The notes beneath the pieces are model-generated. The model did not search any database. It was not told where the DNA came from and was given only the letters and a program-made list of their open reading frames with translations. From the NCBI RefSeq assembly GCF_009914755.1, contig NC_060941.1: DNA of 64,000 nucleotides; one strand, given 5' to 3'. The translations under genes were made by a program, and so were the position numbers. This document shows, piece after piece, positions 46,535-62,983 of this stretch. The DNA comes from the human T2T-CHM13v2.0 reference genome, Homo sapiens. Every line of letters starts with the position of its first letter. Within the stretch, counting starts at the first letter, position 1.

Positions 46535-46731
46535 GTTGTTCTACCCGTCCTGGCCAATGAGAAGAATCGCCTAAACTGGCCCCACATGATATGTGAGGAT
46601 GTCAGGCGGCACGCCCACAGCCTCCAATGTGACCTCTCAGTTATACTTGAGCAAGTGAAGGGAAAAACTTTGCTGCCTCTTCCAGCAGGCTCAGAAAAAA
46701 TGGAGTTTGCGGATTCCAAAAGTGAGACAGT
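46535..46731 (+). CDS. DNAH9: DNAH9 exon 2
   Basis: ttccag|GTT; VVLPVLANEKNRLNWPHMICEDV...KGKTLLPLP; donor gtaagt; 197 nt. Confidence 0.96.
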
Positions 46732-48801
46732 GTAAGTACCGCCAGCCTGGCCATATGGGCCTCTGAGATATGGGAGATGCTGGTTATCAGAATGTTTTCC
46801 TTACAACTTTTCTGTTCCTGACTCTGCACATCTCCTCGTTCTGCACACAAGCCTACTGTCTGCTCTGTTTGCCGACACCCTCAGACTGTGGACTGTGTGT
46901 TTACCCTGGTTACTCCCTGGCCCAGCCACTGCATGAAGTCTTCCAAGGCTATTACAGCAATATGGCCTTTTTTTCCTTTCAGAATCATTTCAGGGCTGAG
47001 CGCAACCACACTAGCTTTCCGTATTTTGCTTATCAGGATAGTGTCTCATCATTGGCAAAGACCCAGGTCCAGTCTGGGAGGCAGGCATGCCTCTTCCCAG
47101 TGTTTACTCAGTACATAATGTCACAGAACTATCGCTGCCGGCTCTTGTTACAGTTCCAGACTCTCCTCCCCCAGCAGCTGAAGACTTTTTACAGGTCCTG
47201 GGGATTTTTTTCTCTTTTCAAATAGTAGCAAATCTGGCTTTGTTGGGACCTGGCTTTGTTGGGAGTTCATGCCTCCTGCCCCTGAGTAGGCCTTAAAACC
47301 CCAGGCTTGTCTCCTTTTAGAAGTTGAATCCACCGTCAGCTTCTGTTTACCATGCTGACTTTCGAGTTTTCTTTGTTTCTATCCCTTGGGAATTCTTTTC
47401 CCCTTTCAAGCCAGGCTATGCATATAAATATTAATAGTATATTTTGCTATATTTCATCCAGCATCTCTATGTGCTTGTGGCAACGGACAGCCTTCCTACA
47501 TGAGCTCGGTCTGCCACACTGTCAGGAGTTTCCCAATGTATTACTGTCAACATTGTGTATTCAGGATCCATGATTTGATCCGAAGAATAAGTAACGCATG
47601 CAACAGATTATATGCGTGCAATGCATTATAAAATACAACAATGTACTTTATAATGAGTTTTTTCTATCAGAAGTAATTTCCTACATATACAATTTGAAGT
47701 AATTTCCCAGTTAATTGGAAAACTTATTGCGGTTTAATAAAGATATCCAATCTTCAAAATAAATAAATTCAAACTACCCCTTTTCTAGTCCCTTTATATT
47801 TTAACTTTGTAACATTCAGTGTGTGTTTCTAATCATTGCTGAATTTATCTCTGTTTGTTCAAGTTTGATAATTTCCCAAAAGACTGGATCATTTTGGGGG
47901 AATGGGTGTCTTCTTCCTTTAATACCTTCCACAATCACTTGTGCCGTATCATTTCTCAGCAAATATAAATTTAATTTAATGAAGTGGAAGTGGGTTTCTG
48001 ACATAAAAATGTGAATTGTATGTCCTCTTTCTTTGTCGTTGTGTCCTTGATTCTTTGCACCTATCATTTTCAGTTAAGACTGTGAAAATAATGACCAAAA
48101 TGTATTAAAAAAATTTTAACTGCTTCCAAATATAGCTAAGTTACTTTCTTTAAAAGTTGTATGAGGGGAAAAGTTTGGGAATTCTATTCTTCACTGGAAC
48201 AATGAGGACCAAGTGAAATCGTGATGGTGATCTTCAGGTGGCTGATTATTAGCCTTGTGAAGGAGGAAATAAACTATTTCCTCTTGCTGCACAGGTCAGA
48301 GCTAAGACCAAGATGAGGAAATCACAGGGAGTTAGAAATGGTTCAGTATAGAGACAAACTTTTTCCTTGGGAGAGCCAACCTATTGAGAAAGGTGCTGCT
48401 TTGTGAAGTCGAGAGCTTGCTGTCACTGGTAGGATTCAAGCAAGCATTGGGTGGTCATCTGAATATTTTCTGTCCACGGTATTCCTGCATTGGCAGGACA
48501 ACGTACTGGCATTCAAAGTTCTTAAACTAGTCTTCAGGATATTGATGAGCCCTGAATCTGTATGAAAAATGTACATACACACACATAAGCATTTTTTTTT
48601 TCTGGAGAGAGGATCTATAATTTTCGTTGACTAGTCAACAGAGACTGTTATCCAAAAAAGTTAAGAATGCATGGGCTAGATGAAATTTCTCACCTATTTT
48701 TTTAAATTTGGGATTCTGTCTTGGGGTACACCCAGGGTTATTTTCACGCTTCAGGGTTTTTGTTTTTGTTGTTATCATTGTTGTTGTTTTGTCTTTCACA
48801 G

Positions 48802-48960
48802 CTTGGATTCTATAGATAAGTCAGTCATCTATGCCATTGAGTCTGCAGTGATCAAATGGAGCTACCAAGTCCAGGTGGTACTCAAGAGAGAGTCTTCCCA
48901 GCCACTCTTACAAGGGGAGAATCCCACCCCTAAGGTGGAGTTGGAGTTCTGGAAGAGCAG
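48802..48960 (+). CDS. DNAH9: DNAH9 exon 3
   Basis: tcacag|C; LDSIDKSVIYAIESAVIKW...ELEFWKS (start of dynein heavy chain N-terminal region 1); donor gtaggc; 159 nt. Confidence 0.97.
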
Positions 48961-49452
48961 GTAGGCAAGAAGGCACATGCTGGAAGTCTGGGGTGAAGAT
49001 GTCTTACAGAGACTAAAGCTAGAGCTTTCCTGGGTTAAGCCACCATTGAGCCTATTCTTCCCTATAGGTATTTCACATCATCAGTGGGGTAGACAGCTCT
49101 GTGTCATTGGGTCAAAAGAGTTTTTTGATAGACTGGGAGATGCACACTTTCCCCAAGATTCAATAATCATTTTTCCTTTCCTGGGTTCACATCAGTATGT
49201 CCTCTTACATTTTTTCAAAGGCTCTTTGGACTATATGTAAAATTAATCAACTCTTTAACATTTTTATTCTAACTTATCTGCTCCCTTCTCCTTGAGCAGC
49301 TGAGGCCACATGCACACACCTTTTGTAAAGTTCTGAATACAGAGGAGTTTTGGGGAGTTGGCTGCAGAACAGCCTTTCCTGTGTTCCGGCTCATCACTCG
49401 CAGGGCTGGAAAGTTCATCTTCCAGGGTGTTTGTCCAGAAAGGCTTCATTAT

Positions 49453-49486
<34 letters not shown>
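49453..49486. repeat. (TGCTCC)n hexamer repeat
   Basis: ~5.5 perfect units. Confidence 0.9.
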
Positions 49487-50061
49487 TATTTGCCCTCCTC
49501 CTCCCCATTTCCTCACTCCAATTTATTATCGTGCTGATAAATCCTTTACTCAAAAGGAGGCAGACAGATGTTAGCGGCAGACGTGCCTGTCCTGGCATGG
49601 AATGGAGATTATCGGTGTCACATGACCAGACATGCCTGTAGGGCTCCAGCCTTTTGTCTGTACCACCCTGCTGAGATGCCCCATGCTCTTGCCTGGCTTC
49701 TGACCATTCTGCTGACCTACTGCAAGGCCCTTCTCTTAGCACCCTTGCTCCAATAACGCCTCTCTCACCCTGACTCAACCTTACTGCCAGAGCTAATGAC
49801 CTCCAGCTGCCAAGCTTTTTGAGCCACCAGATGGTCACAGCAGTGTTTCCTGGAGCTGCCCCTTTGAACCTGTGTTCCCAGCTCAGGCTTTTGCCCTCAC
49901 TGGGCTGGGAACAGATGTCCAGGCTCTTTGGGCTGGAGCACAGCCTCTGTGGAAGCACCCCGAGGCAGGGCTCCTCTCTTTCTGTGTGACGATGGGTCAT
50001 CACAGTGTGACTTGCATTTCCTGATGCTTCCCTGGATTCACCCTTCTTCATGATATTGCAG

Positions 50062-50192
50062 GTATGAAGATCTGAAATACATCTATAATCAACTGAGAAC
50101 AATAACGGTGAGGGGCATGGCCAAGCTCCTGGACAAGCTTCAGAGTAGCTACTTTCCAGCTTTCAAAGCCATGTACAGAGATGTTGTTGCAG
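50062..50192 (+). CDS. DNAH9: DNAH9 exon 4
   Basis: ttgcag|G; YEDLKYIYNQL...SSYFPAFKAMYRDVVA; donor gtgagg; 131 nt, phases match neighbours. Confidence 0.96.
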
Positions 50193-51750
50193 GTGAGGAC
50201 CAGCAAGTGTTTTCACAAATGTGTTTGACTCAAGTTACCGTCGAATGATGCATTCACCTCTCTCTGTCTGAATTCCGCAACTTCAAGTCCTTGTAAATTT
50301 CCGACCCGACACAAACTAGCATGGTGGCAAGAATACCACATCTAGATACATGAGAGCAGCTAAACAGAGCTATGCTGTTTGCAGTTCCACTGCTGTATGG
50401 CCTGGGAAAATTCACCTAGCCCCTCTGAGCTTTAGTACGTGTGTTGGTTATGGGGCATACACTTCTGCCTACTTTTCTAGGTCCGTGTGAGATTATACAG
50501 GTGGAAGAACTTATTGACTTAACACAACAATGTTCCTGGAGCTGTCCCTTTGTGTCTTTCAAACACTGGGGCCAGGACATACAGTTCTGGGGTGGCCATT
50601 ATGGAGCCTGTGTGACCAACTCCAGGGTGGTCATGTGAGTCCATCTGTCCTAATCAAGGACTACCCTTCTGGCAAGACAGCCTAACCATGCCTTCCAGGA
50701 CCTGGGATTATTGGCTGGGACCCCTCATTAACTAAGTGCTTGTACCTCCCTGGCACGCTGGGAACTCCTGGGTCTGGTCAAAGGTCTTTCTGGGCCTGTC
50801 TTCAGGGTCTGGAAACTACTAGAAGAAAGTTCTTCCATCCGATCTGCCTACAGCTGCTGCTTTGCACTGTACAAATCCATGTTGTTACCTCTCACCTCTG
50901 GAATTCAGGTCCCTCCACCTTTGGCTCCTTGAGAAATCTCTATTCCATTTCTAGCTCCATTCTGCATTTTCTATTCCTACTGTCAGATGGGACTGCAATT
51001 TCCTGGCCATTTGAGCACCAGACAAGATCTACGCTTATCAAAATTGCCAAGCCAGCAAAGTCTATGATTAGAAGTAGGTAAATTTTTTTAGGACTCCCTC
51101 TCCATTTCTTGGAGCACTGTGCGTCTTCTCCCTTTTTCTTGTAAAATCTCCTCTTTGCTCTTCAGTACCATAGGTCAAAATGTGCTTTTAAAGGTCTTTG
51201 TCATTTCACATGGTCTAAGCTTAATTAAAGCAGTGATTTTCAAACATTTTACTTTGCCCAGAACTCTTTCTTTAAATACAATCTCCCATGTAAGCCCACT
51301 ACATAAAACGAATCCAGGCATGTTTGGTTTAGTAAAAAGGGCAGTGTCCTGTGCCCAGAGCCCATTGGCTACTTCCCTGTCCCACCTTCCCCTCTCATGG
51401 CATGGAGTTTGCAAACATCTTAGCTAAAGGAAGAAAAGTCCAGGTGTTAGTTTCCAACATGAACTACATCAGAGAGCAGAACTGGCATAAGTTGTTAGTC
51501 TCTGAGGTCCTCCCTGACCCTGAATCCTCATTGCAGAGGCAGCTCTCCCAGCACGTTTGGCTGGCTTGGGACCAAGTGTCTCTTGAGGCTCCAGCTTACT
51601 GCTTTGCTGAGAGATTCTGTGTTCCCGAGGAATCAGCTTTTGTTCCCAGTTTACACTTCCAGGAGACAGGTGTCCCCAGAAGTGGTATGTGTATCCCTAC
51701 TGATGTCAGAAATGACTAGGGGAAAGTTTTTTAAAAAAAATATGTTAAAG

Positions 51751-52037
<287 letters not shown>

Positions 52038-52969
52038 TTGTTTGAGGGTAATAGCCCTGGTTTTTGCAAGTGATACCAGCTTTCCATTTATGGTAGTGAT
52101 TTACAGTTTTCATGTTGTCTAATTTAGTTGGGTTAAATTGGGAGTCAATGTAGAGAAAAATATGAAGTAAGCAATAGAGTGCTACAGATTATACATATGT
52201 AGAACACATACAAAGGACATATGTGAATGCCTGAAATTTGGGGCTCTGAAAAAGATGTAGTAAAAATATATTATGAGTTTGTTATTTAGTGCCCCAAATA
52301 TACTTTTCACATTAGTAGATCAATAGACTATAATTATTCATATGAATTAATAGTTATAAGATTCACTTCCCCAGGTGAGCTTCAAAAAGTTATTTGCAGT
52401 AGAGTATATGCCGGCAATGAATTTTTTTTAAAAAAGATACCATTACAATAGTGCCAGATAAACACTACCATAAAAAGAGAAATTCTTTAAATATGAAACT
52501 CAGTGTCAATGATGGAAGAAAATTTGATTAGAAGAGTTAGGTAGAGACTTGGTCAGAAAATTTGGCAGGATCTTCTAAGCTGGTGACTGATTTTCTCATT
52601 TCTAGCTGAATTTCAGAGCATCTTTTTTTTTATCCTAAATAGATATACTATGTGCATTATTCTTATTAGGCATGGTCAGGGTCGTTTATTGACCTACTGA
52701 TGAATTGGAAAGAAGGAGAGGAAAAGAAATATTTCTGGATTGGTGGATATGAATTAGAAAACAGTGAGAAGAAAAAAGGAGGTTAAAAGGATGGAGGAAA
52801 ATATGCAGGAACCCGATTGTATGAAGTAGTATTGACTGAGCAGTAAATAATCTTGGAAAACAGGAAAGCAACAGTCCCCTTGAGAAGGAAGAACAAGGGC
52901 AATAAAGACTAATTAGAGAGTTTTCTTTATTTGCACAGGATAGGCATGGTACAACCTGGTTGCCAAGTT

Positions 52970-53364
52970 TCTGAGTCCATTTGTGCTGCTTTAACAGAAT
53001 ACCACAGCCTGGGTAATTTATAAAGAGCAGAAATTTATTTCTCATAGTTCTTGAGGCTGAGAAGTTCGAGATCAAGGCACTGGCAGGTTGGGTGTCCGGT
53101 GAGGGCCTGGCCTCTGCTTCCAAGATGGCGCCTTGTTGCTGCATCCTCCAGAGGAGAGGAACTCTGTGTCCTTACCTGATAGACGGTGGAAGGGCAAGCC
53201 AGCCAAACTCTATGTGAAGCCTCTTTGATGAGGGCCTTAATCCCATTCATGAGGGAGAAGCTCTCATGGCCTAGTGGCCTCTTAAAGGCACCAACTCTTA
53301 ACACCATCACATTGGCCATTAAATTTCAACACCTGAATTTTGGAGGGGACACATTCACATAGCA
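52970..53364 (-). mobile_element. MST/MLT1A-type MaLR LTR
   Basis: gtccatttgtgctgct...gggtaatttataaag...gaattttggaggggacac. Confidence 0.8.
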
Positions 53365-53715
53365 GCAATTAAGGATGTGTGTAGGTAGATACGTGTGTGA
53401 AAGAAGGCACACAAAGAAGGGCTGTCTGGAGCCAGTGCACACTGGTTTGCTGTGGCTCGTGAAGGGCTGCTATATGCATTGTTTTAAACCTTGCACCCCC
53501 ATTCTCCCAAGCAGCACTCAGCGAAGTCAAATTGGTAGCCTAGAAATGGACATGGTAGGAATACTGGGAATATTTATACCATAGAAATTGGCAGATGCTA
53601 CAAATAAACGTGTTTGTCCTCAAAGAGCCTGTTGTTAAAGACTTTCCTGCAAACCACTGGAGATCACTATGCACTTTGCTGTTTGTATTTACATTCTTTA
53701 AAAAGGTATGAGCTC

Positions 53716-54171
<456 letters not shown>

Positions 54172-55098
54172 TTAAAAAGATTTCAAAACAGGGTATCATA
54201 AAGAGAAAGCTCCTATAGCATGATAGTCTCAGCCTCTTTTCTCTCAGCACTTACGGAAGCAAGAGCATGCGCTCATTAGAATGACTGTTGGATTCTGAAA
54301 TCCCCCACCCCAACACAGAGGTTCTAATACTCACCATCAGCCCCTCCACTTGAGAATCCCTGCCCTAATCAATTTACTGTGACATCTGACTTTGCAAAAA
54401 ATTCGATTCACATACTGCTTTCCACAACCTTATTTGGGATATAAAGTACAAACATACATATCAACATATTTTTGTGTATGGTGAGCCTCCGTGAAGCCAA
54501 GGGTTCAATGTAATAAACTCTGGGTCGTCTTCCTTTTCCTTAGCTGGACAGGATTGGTTGTTTCGTGGGAGGGCCCTAGGAAAGTTATTCAGACCTTAAT
54601 TTCTTCACTTATAAAGTACTAAAGTATGAAGTACTAAAGCTGGTTTGCAGGGCTTTCTGTGAGATGGTAAATATCTCATAGATAGTAAGTAGAACAATTC
54701 CCGGCATATTGAAACTGCTTCCTAAATAGTGTATATTTTGAGTTCCCTTTAGGATGAATGCAGAGCTTCATCCGCATACTGTAACCTAAGACCACCTGCT
54801 CTCATATGATACCACCTGATTATCTGCCCAGGACAGAACCAGCCTTTGTAAACTCGCCCTTCCAATTTAGTTTGTCCAATGCCCTTTTGCATTCCCTCTA
54901 AGTTGCTATGCAGATATTAGCATCCAGTGCTGCTGGATTTCCTAGTTTCCCGTGTCAGTCACCACAAGACGACTGGTTAAAGGCCCCTTTCTTTCCTTGG
55001 TTGTATTCAGAGGAGATGGTAAGAGATTTTCCTGGCTTTGAAAACCAGCAGAACCTTGCCATAACCCATCTATGTTATGTCTCTATGCTCTGTGACTT

Positions 55099-55236
55099 TT
55101 TTAAAAAAATTATACTTTAAGTTCTAGGGTACATGTGCACAACGTACAGCTTTGTTTCATATGTATACATGTGCTCACTCATAGGTGGGAATTGAACAAT
55201 GGGTACACTTGGACACAGGGTGGGGAACATCACACA
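55099..55236 (-). mobile_element. Tiny 5'-inverted L1PA insertion
   Basis: Minus-strand L1PA 3' end fused to a plus-strand L1PA 3' UTR piece; TSD tctgtgactt. Confidence 0.88.
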
Positions 55237-55823
55237 TCTGTGACTTCTTTATAAGTGCTCAGCAAGATTCTTTATTAGTGAATATTCATCAGAGCCACCA
55301 CCATTTATCAAACACCTGCATTGGTCCAAGCACTGTGCTAGTTGTTTATAAAGATTCCTATTGAACTACCTTCAGCCTTCACAAGGACCCTTTAAACTGA
55401 TTACAGCTCCGCCTATTTTTGAGGCTCAGAGAGGTTACACGTGCCCAAAGTCATACAATTGCCAAGCGTCTCGGCCAGCATTTGAAGGAAAGTCTTTCTG
55501 ATTCTAAAACTTGTATTGTCTCAGAGATAGCAGCAAAGTAATTGGCAAATATTTACTACCCACCAAGCACCAGATGGAGGCTGGGAGGGCCAGGGAAAAG
55601 TCCATTTAGAGGAATGTTACAAGACAGAACTCTTCAGATCATTATCCTAGTTGTTCAGGGCTCTCCAGTTTCCATATTTCCTCATAAGAGCTAGGAAGTT
55701 TTCTGGAACCAGCCTTCTCTCTGCTTGTTGTTTTGCAGGTCTTTTACTTCCCAGGGACTAGGGCTCCACCAGGTGGGTATTAGGCTCCAGATGGGAATGC
55801 TGACCATCTCCAATTCCTTCCAG

Positions 55824-56035
55824 CTCTAGCAGAGGCACAGGACATCCATGTGCACCTGATACCGCTCCAGCGCCACCTGGAAGCTCTGGAGAATGCAGAA
55901 TTTCCGGAGGTGAAGCCCCAGCTGCGGCCCCTGCTCCACGTGGTCTGTCTGATTTGGGCCACATGCAAGTCCTACCGCTCCCCGGGAAGGCTGACTGTGC
56001 TGCTCCAGGAGATTTGCAACCTTCTCATCCAGCAG
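55824..56035 (+). CDS. DNAH9: DNAH9 exon 5
   Basis: ttccag|CT; LAEAQDIHVHLIPL...LLQEICNLLIQQ; donor gtgggc; 212 nt. Confidence 0.96.
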
Positions 56036-56718
56036 GTGGGCTGCCCTGGGATGCCCAGCAACTGCTCCCTGGGGGCTGGTTGGCATCTAGTCACAGGAGA
56101 GAAGAGACAAGTGTCCTTTTTTCTGGGCGAGGAAATAATTATGTTCCAAAGAGTTCTTACACTTGAATTACAGTATTTTACTCTCAGAAGCCAATAATTT
56201 ACAAAGACATTTTCAGTAATATTAGAACACCTGAGCCATCCTGTCTTCCTTTCCCCTCTGCCTAAGAGGGGATAAGTAGGGGTGGTGAATTTCAACCTCC
56301 TTAATGACCTATGAAGAAGGACTGGTAATGAGTCAGCAGCAAAGCCTAAGCAGTAAAGAGTGCAGCCTCTGATGTCAGGTAGAGTCAGGCGATGCTGTAC
56401 CAATCCCTGGCTTTGCCACTTGGCAGCCAGCATACCACTTCTGTGCCAGGACAAATCACTTCCTGTTCTGTGCCTCACTCTCCTCCTCTGTACAATGGTG
56501 AAAACAAGAAGCCATATCTCTTTTTGGGTTGCTGGGTGATTTGAGGCTTCCATGTGATAATGCATGTGCCCTGCACATGGTAAGAACCTGGTACCCATAA
56601 GCTATTGAGAAGCAGCTTCTTAGATTATGCACTTCATGCTCCTCCTTCTTAGGGACCCTTGTAGCACCAACCAGGGCAGCATAAACCTTGAGGAGTGTAT
56701 CTTAAGAAAGAACTAGAG

Positions 56719-57015
<297 letters not shown>

Positions 57016-57962
57016 CTAGAGGGCTTAAGGAGGTTTGGGTGATCTCTCCAAACCAGTTTCCTTTTCTTCTAAGGAGCTGTTCTCTGAGAAAATAACGAAC
57101 AAGCTTAATAAGTAACTAAGAATAACTAACATTTTGCAGGCTGCAAAATACTGTTACATTCATGATTTCTATCAATCATCAAATAAACCCTGCAAGGTGG
57201 GCAGGGAAGGTCTTATTATTTATTATATTATTTAAAGATGTGGGCTACTGTTCAAGGAGGTTAACTGACTTGCCCAAAGACACCCAAACCAGGACCCCAA
57301 CCCAGGCTGTTTGACTCCTCCTAGGCTAGTGCCTTTCCATTACTCCATGTTTGTCAGCCAGAACTCTTTTGGTTGAAAGTGTAAGAAAACCGAAACCAAA
57401 AGTAGGAGCAAAAAAAGAAAACATATTGGCTCATGTACCTTGAAAGTCCAAGGTAAGGCTGGCTTCAGCCCCGACTTGCAATGTGGCCTTAGATGATGTC
57501 AGCCAGACCCAGGGACCCACCCTGTTGTGGTGAAGGTGGCTGTCGCTACAGCTCCAGCTTTTCAGTTTTCCAGGTGTAAGCCTCTTCGAGACAGAAAAAT
57601 AATTATGGTCCAAATAATTCTTGCATTCAAATTACTTTACTACTGAAAGCCAATAAGTCACAAAAGAATACCTGGGAAAGGGCACCTGCTCCAGCCCCAG
57701 CTAGCCCAACAAAGTCTCATTGTGTTTCCTTGTCCCTGGCTACTTGCCCATTCCTGAGCCAATCACTGTAGCTTCAGTGACTAAGACTATTTGGCCGAAA
57801 CCCAGGTCGCAGTCCACATGTGGAATGGAAAGCGAGGTCAGATGTTTCCTCTATTATCCTCATGAAAAATATTACTGGGGCAATGATTCAGTTCAGAGTT
57901 GGTGTTGCAAAGTTACAGGATGTCTGCACCTGCTCAGTGATACTAATCTGTTTGTATACCAG

Positions 57963-58196
57963 GCCTCTAATTATCTCAGCCCAGAAGACCTGCTGAGAAG
58001 TGAGGTAGAAGAAAGTCAGAGAAAACTGCAAGTGGTCTCAGACACTTTGAGCTTCTTCAAGCAAGAGTTTCAGGACAGAAGGGAGAATCTCCACACTTAC
58101 TTCAAAGAGAACCAGGAAGTCAAGGAATGGGATTTCCAGTCTTCTTTGGTCTTTGTGCGATTGGATGGCTTCCTGGGACGACTGCACGTGGTGGAG
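57963..58196 (+). CDS. DNAH9: DNAH9 exon 6 (to aa 450); gene continues beyond window
   Basis: taccag|GCC; [11 protein letters not shown]...[23 protein letters not shown]; donor gtgagt; 234 nt. Confidence 0.97.
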
Positions 58197-58340
58197 GTGA
58201 GTGCGCACCTCACCTCAGGCTGCCAGCCCCAGACAGAAAGAAGCAGTCCAGGGGTCCAAAAAGTGGAATAGGAAAATGCACAACACAACCTCATAGCCAA
58301 CCCTCCATCAGCTGGAATAATCCATAATAAAGGTTCAATT

Positions 58341-58945
<605 letters not shown>

Positions 58946-59543
58946 GAAGTTTTAATAAATAGTTGTCATTTGGATTGACCATCACATCACATAATAGTGG
59001 TTATAGTAGAAGTTTAGGAAATCCTGATCATAGACCCATTTAGGAAGAAGGCCCAAGGAATCAATGAACTAGTTCAATTGGTTTGCAGATTGCCCATAGC
59101 CTTTGAACTGGGTTTCAAATAAACTCTGCCTAGAAAGACTGACACTGAGCAAACCTTGGCTGGGCTATAACCATTCCCGCAAAGCTGGCTGCTTTGAACT
59201 TCTCCTCCTCCACTCCCCAATCTCCAAGGCAGCTCCCCAAAGTCCAAAACGAATGAGTCCCTGTGCAAAAGAAACATGACTTTTGCTCAAAGTTATGTCT
59301 TTCCCTCAATTATTTAAAAATAAATATGGATTTTAGGTGAAGTACTACGGTGAGAAGACATGATACTATTTCTTTGGATTGTTTCAATTCTCAAAACTTA
59401 ATATGTTTAACAGGTCTCTCAACATTTTACAGCTATGTGTTTGCTGATTGGACTTGGAAGGGAGGGTAATGGGCCTAATAAAATGAAATACAGACTTAAA
59501 CGGATTTGAGAAATTCAGGGTTGAGTTTAAGATTAAGACAAGA

Positions 59544-60198
<655 letters not shown>

Positions 60199-60215
60199 TC
60201 AGAAAAGTGAGATTG

Positions 60216-60555
<340 letters not shown>

Positions 60556-61248
60556 CTAGCCCAGTAGGACTTTGACAAAAAGTGGGAACACAAGAGAAAA
60601 TCAGTTGTGAAACTGGAGTGGGAATTTGCCAGGGAAGACAAAGATGGGAAGGGCATAAAGAGAGAAAATGCGTGAGAGAGAAAGCCAGAAGCTAGATCTT
60701 ATGAAAGGCGCACCTTAAACCCTTCATCAGGATCACAGAGACTATAAATAATTGATTATCTAGCTTTATCCTAAATGCCTCTTTTTCCCTCAGCCGTTTC
60801 CATCATGGTTGATGTACAGCCCTTCACTCCTCCTGCACTCTGTATTCCTCTCATATCCACCACCAATTCCTTTGCTGCTGTTTAGTGAGAGGTGAGGGAC
60901 ACTCCAGCCCCAGCCCATGCCTGGCCTGGGCTGACCACGAAGAACGAATTTCCATCACTGCCTGGCAGCGGCCATGTTTGCAGATGCTCCAGCCCTGCAG
61001 ATGGCCCTGGGAATGGTAGCAGAGCATGACCCCAGGCCCTGTGCACACATGCTAATGATTTGACTTTGCATATAGACAGCTATTCTAACATCAGGGCGCC
61101 TAATCTGCAGGATATGTTCAGTAAATATAAGCAGTGATGGCCACCAGCCTCCCTAGCGTCATTACTCTCACAATAAGTCCTTTCTCAGGCTGCTGCTGCT
61201 TTCTGAATCAAGGGCACAGGTGCATAAAAAGCAGTTGCCCCCATTTAA

Positions 61249-61789
<541 letters not shown>

Positions 61790-62626
61790 TAACTTCCCTG
61801 ACCTCTTTGTTTGCCCTGAATTTCCATGTGTTTTCATCCTCCCACGGCTACTCCTTGCCCCTTTTCCTCATATTTCCTCCCCTCTTTTATTTTTAATCTC
61901 CCAAATGTCTGCTTAGATGCATCGCCCTTGCCCTTTGCCATCTTCCTCCTCCCCCAGCTCTTGCCTCCTGAGTCTGTGCAGTGGAACACAGGACTATCAG
62001 CTGTCCTCTGGCATATTTCATGTAGGCCTTTAGTTAATATTCTGTGTATCTCTGTGATCGATGCCTGATTGAAATGGGATTAATCTGCTCCTCTCCAGTA
62101 AGAATTATCATGAACTTAGCCTTATTCATCTTCTATTCTAATACAATCTATGGCCACTGAGATGATGGTAGCTGCAATTAATAAATACATGAAACACCAA
62201 TGTGTTTATCTCTCTGCATGCTCTCGTCACGGGTTAGAGTGTGAAGGGCTGGTTTTTAATCCCCACAATTCTCCCAGATTTCATTTCTCTGATGTGAGTT
62301 GCTTTTTTATTCTTTCACTCTTTTTGCACAAGAGAATTTTGTTGTGCACATCCGCTCTTCCTCTCTGGGTGCCTGCTAAATGCCAGAGGTGGGGCTGGCT
62401 TGGAAGAAGGGGTATACATTGCCCAGTATTTTTCGGTGTCTGCAGTAAGTGGAGTAATTGCATTTTCAGGATACCACCATTCTCCTCTGCCTTCTTATCA
62501 TAACCATGATACAGGTAATCTCTTAGAGATTTAACCCTTGTGGAGGGAAGAACAAGGAATAGAAAACTAAAAAATTAACATGTTTCAAGAACCTATCCCA
62601 TGCCAGAGCCTGTATCCTTGCAATCA

Positions 62627-62983
<357 letters not shown>

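Noticed and set aside
49449-50102. 217-aa antisense ORF ending in QEQEQE
   Set aside because: TTG start, tail is the TGCTCC microsatellite, antisense to exon 4, no domain.
55972-56598. 208-aa antisense ORF
   Set aside because: Built from a MIR fragment plus the antisense of exon 5; no homology recognised.
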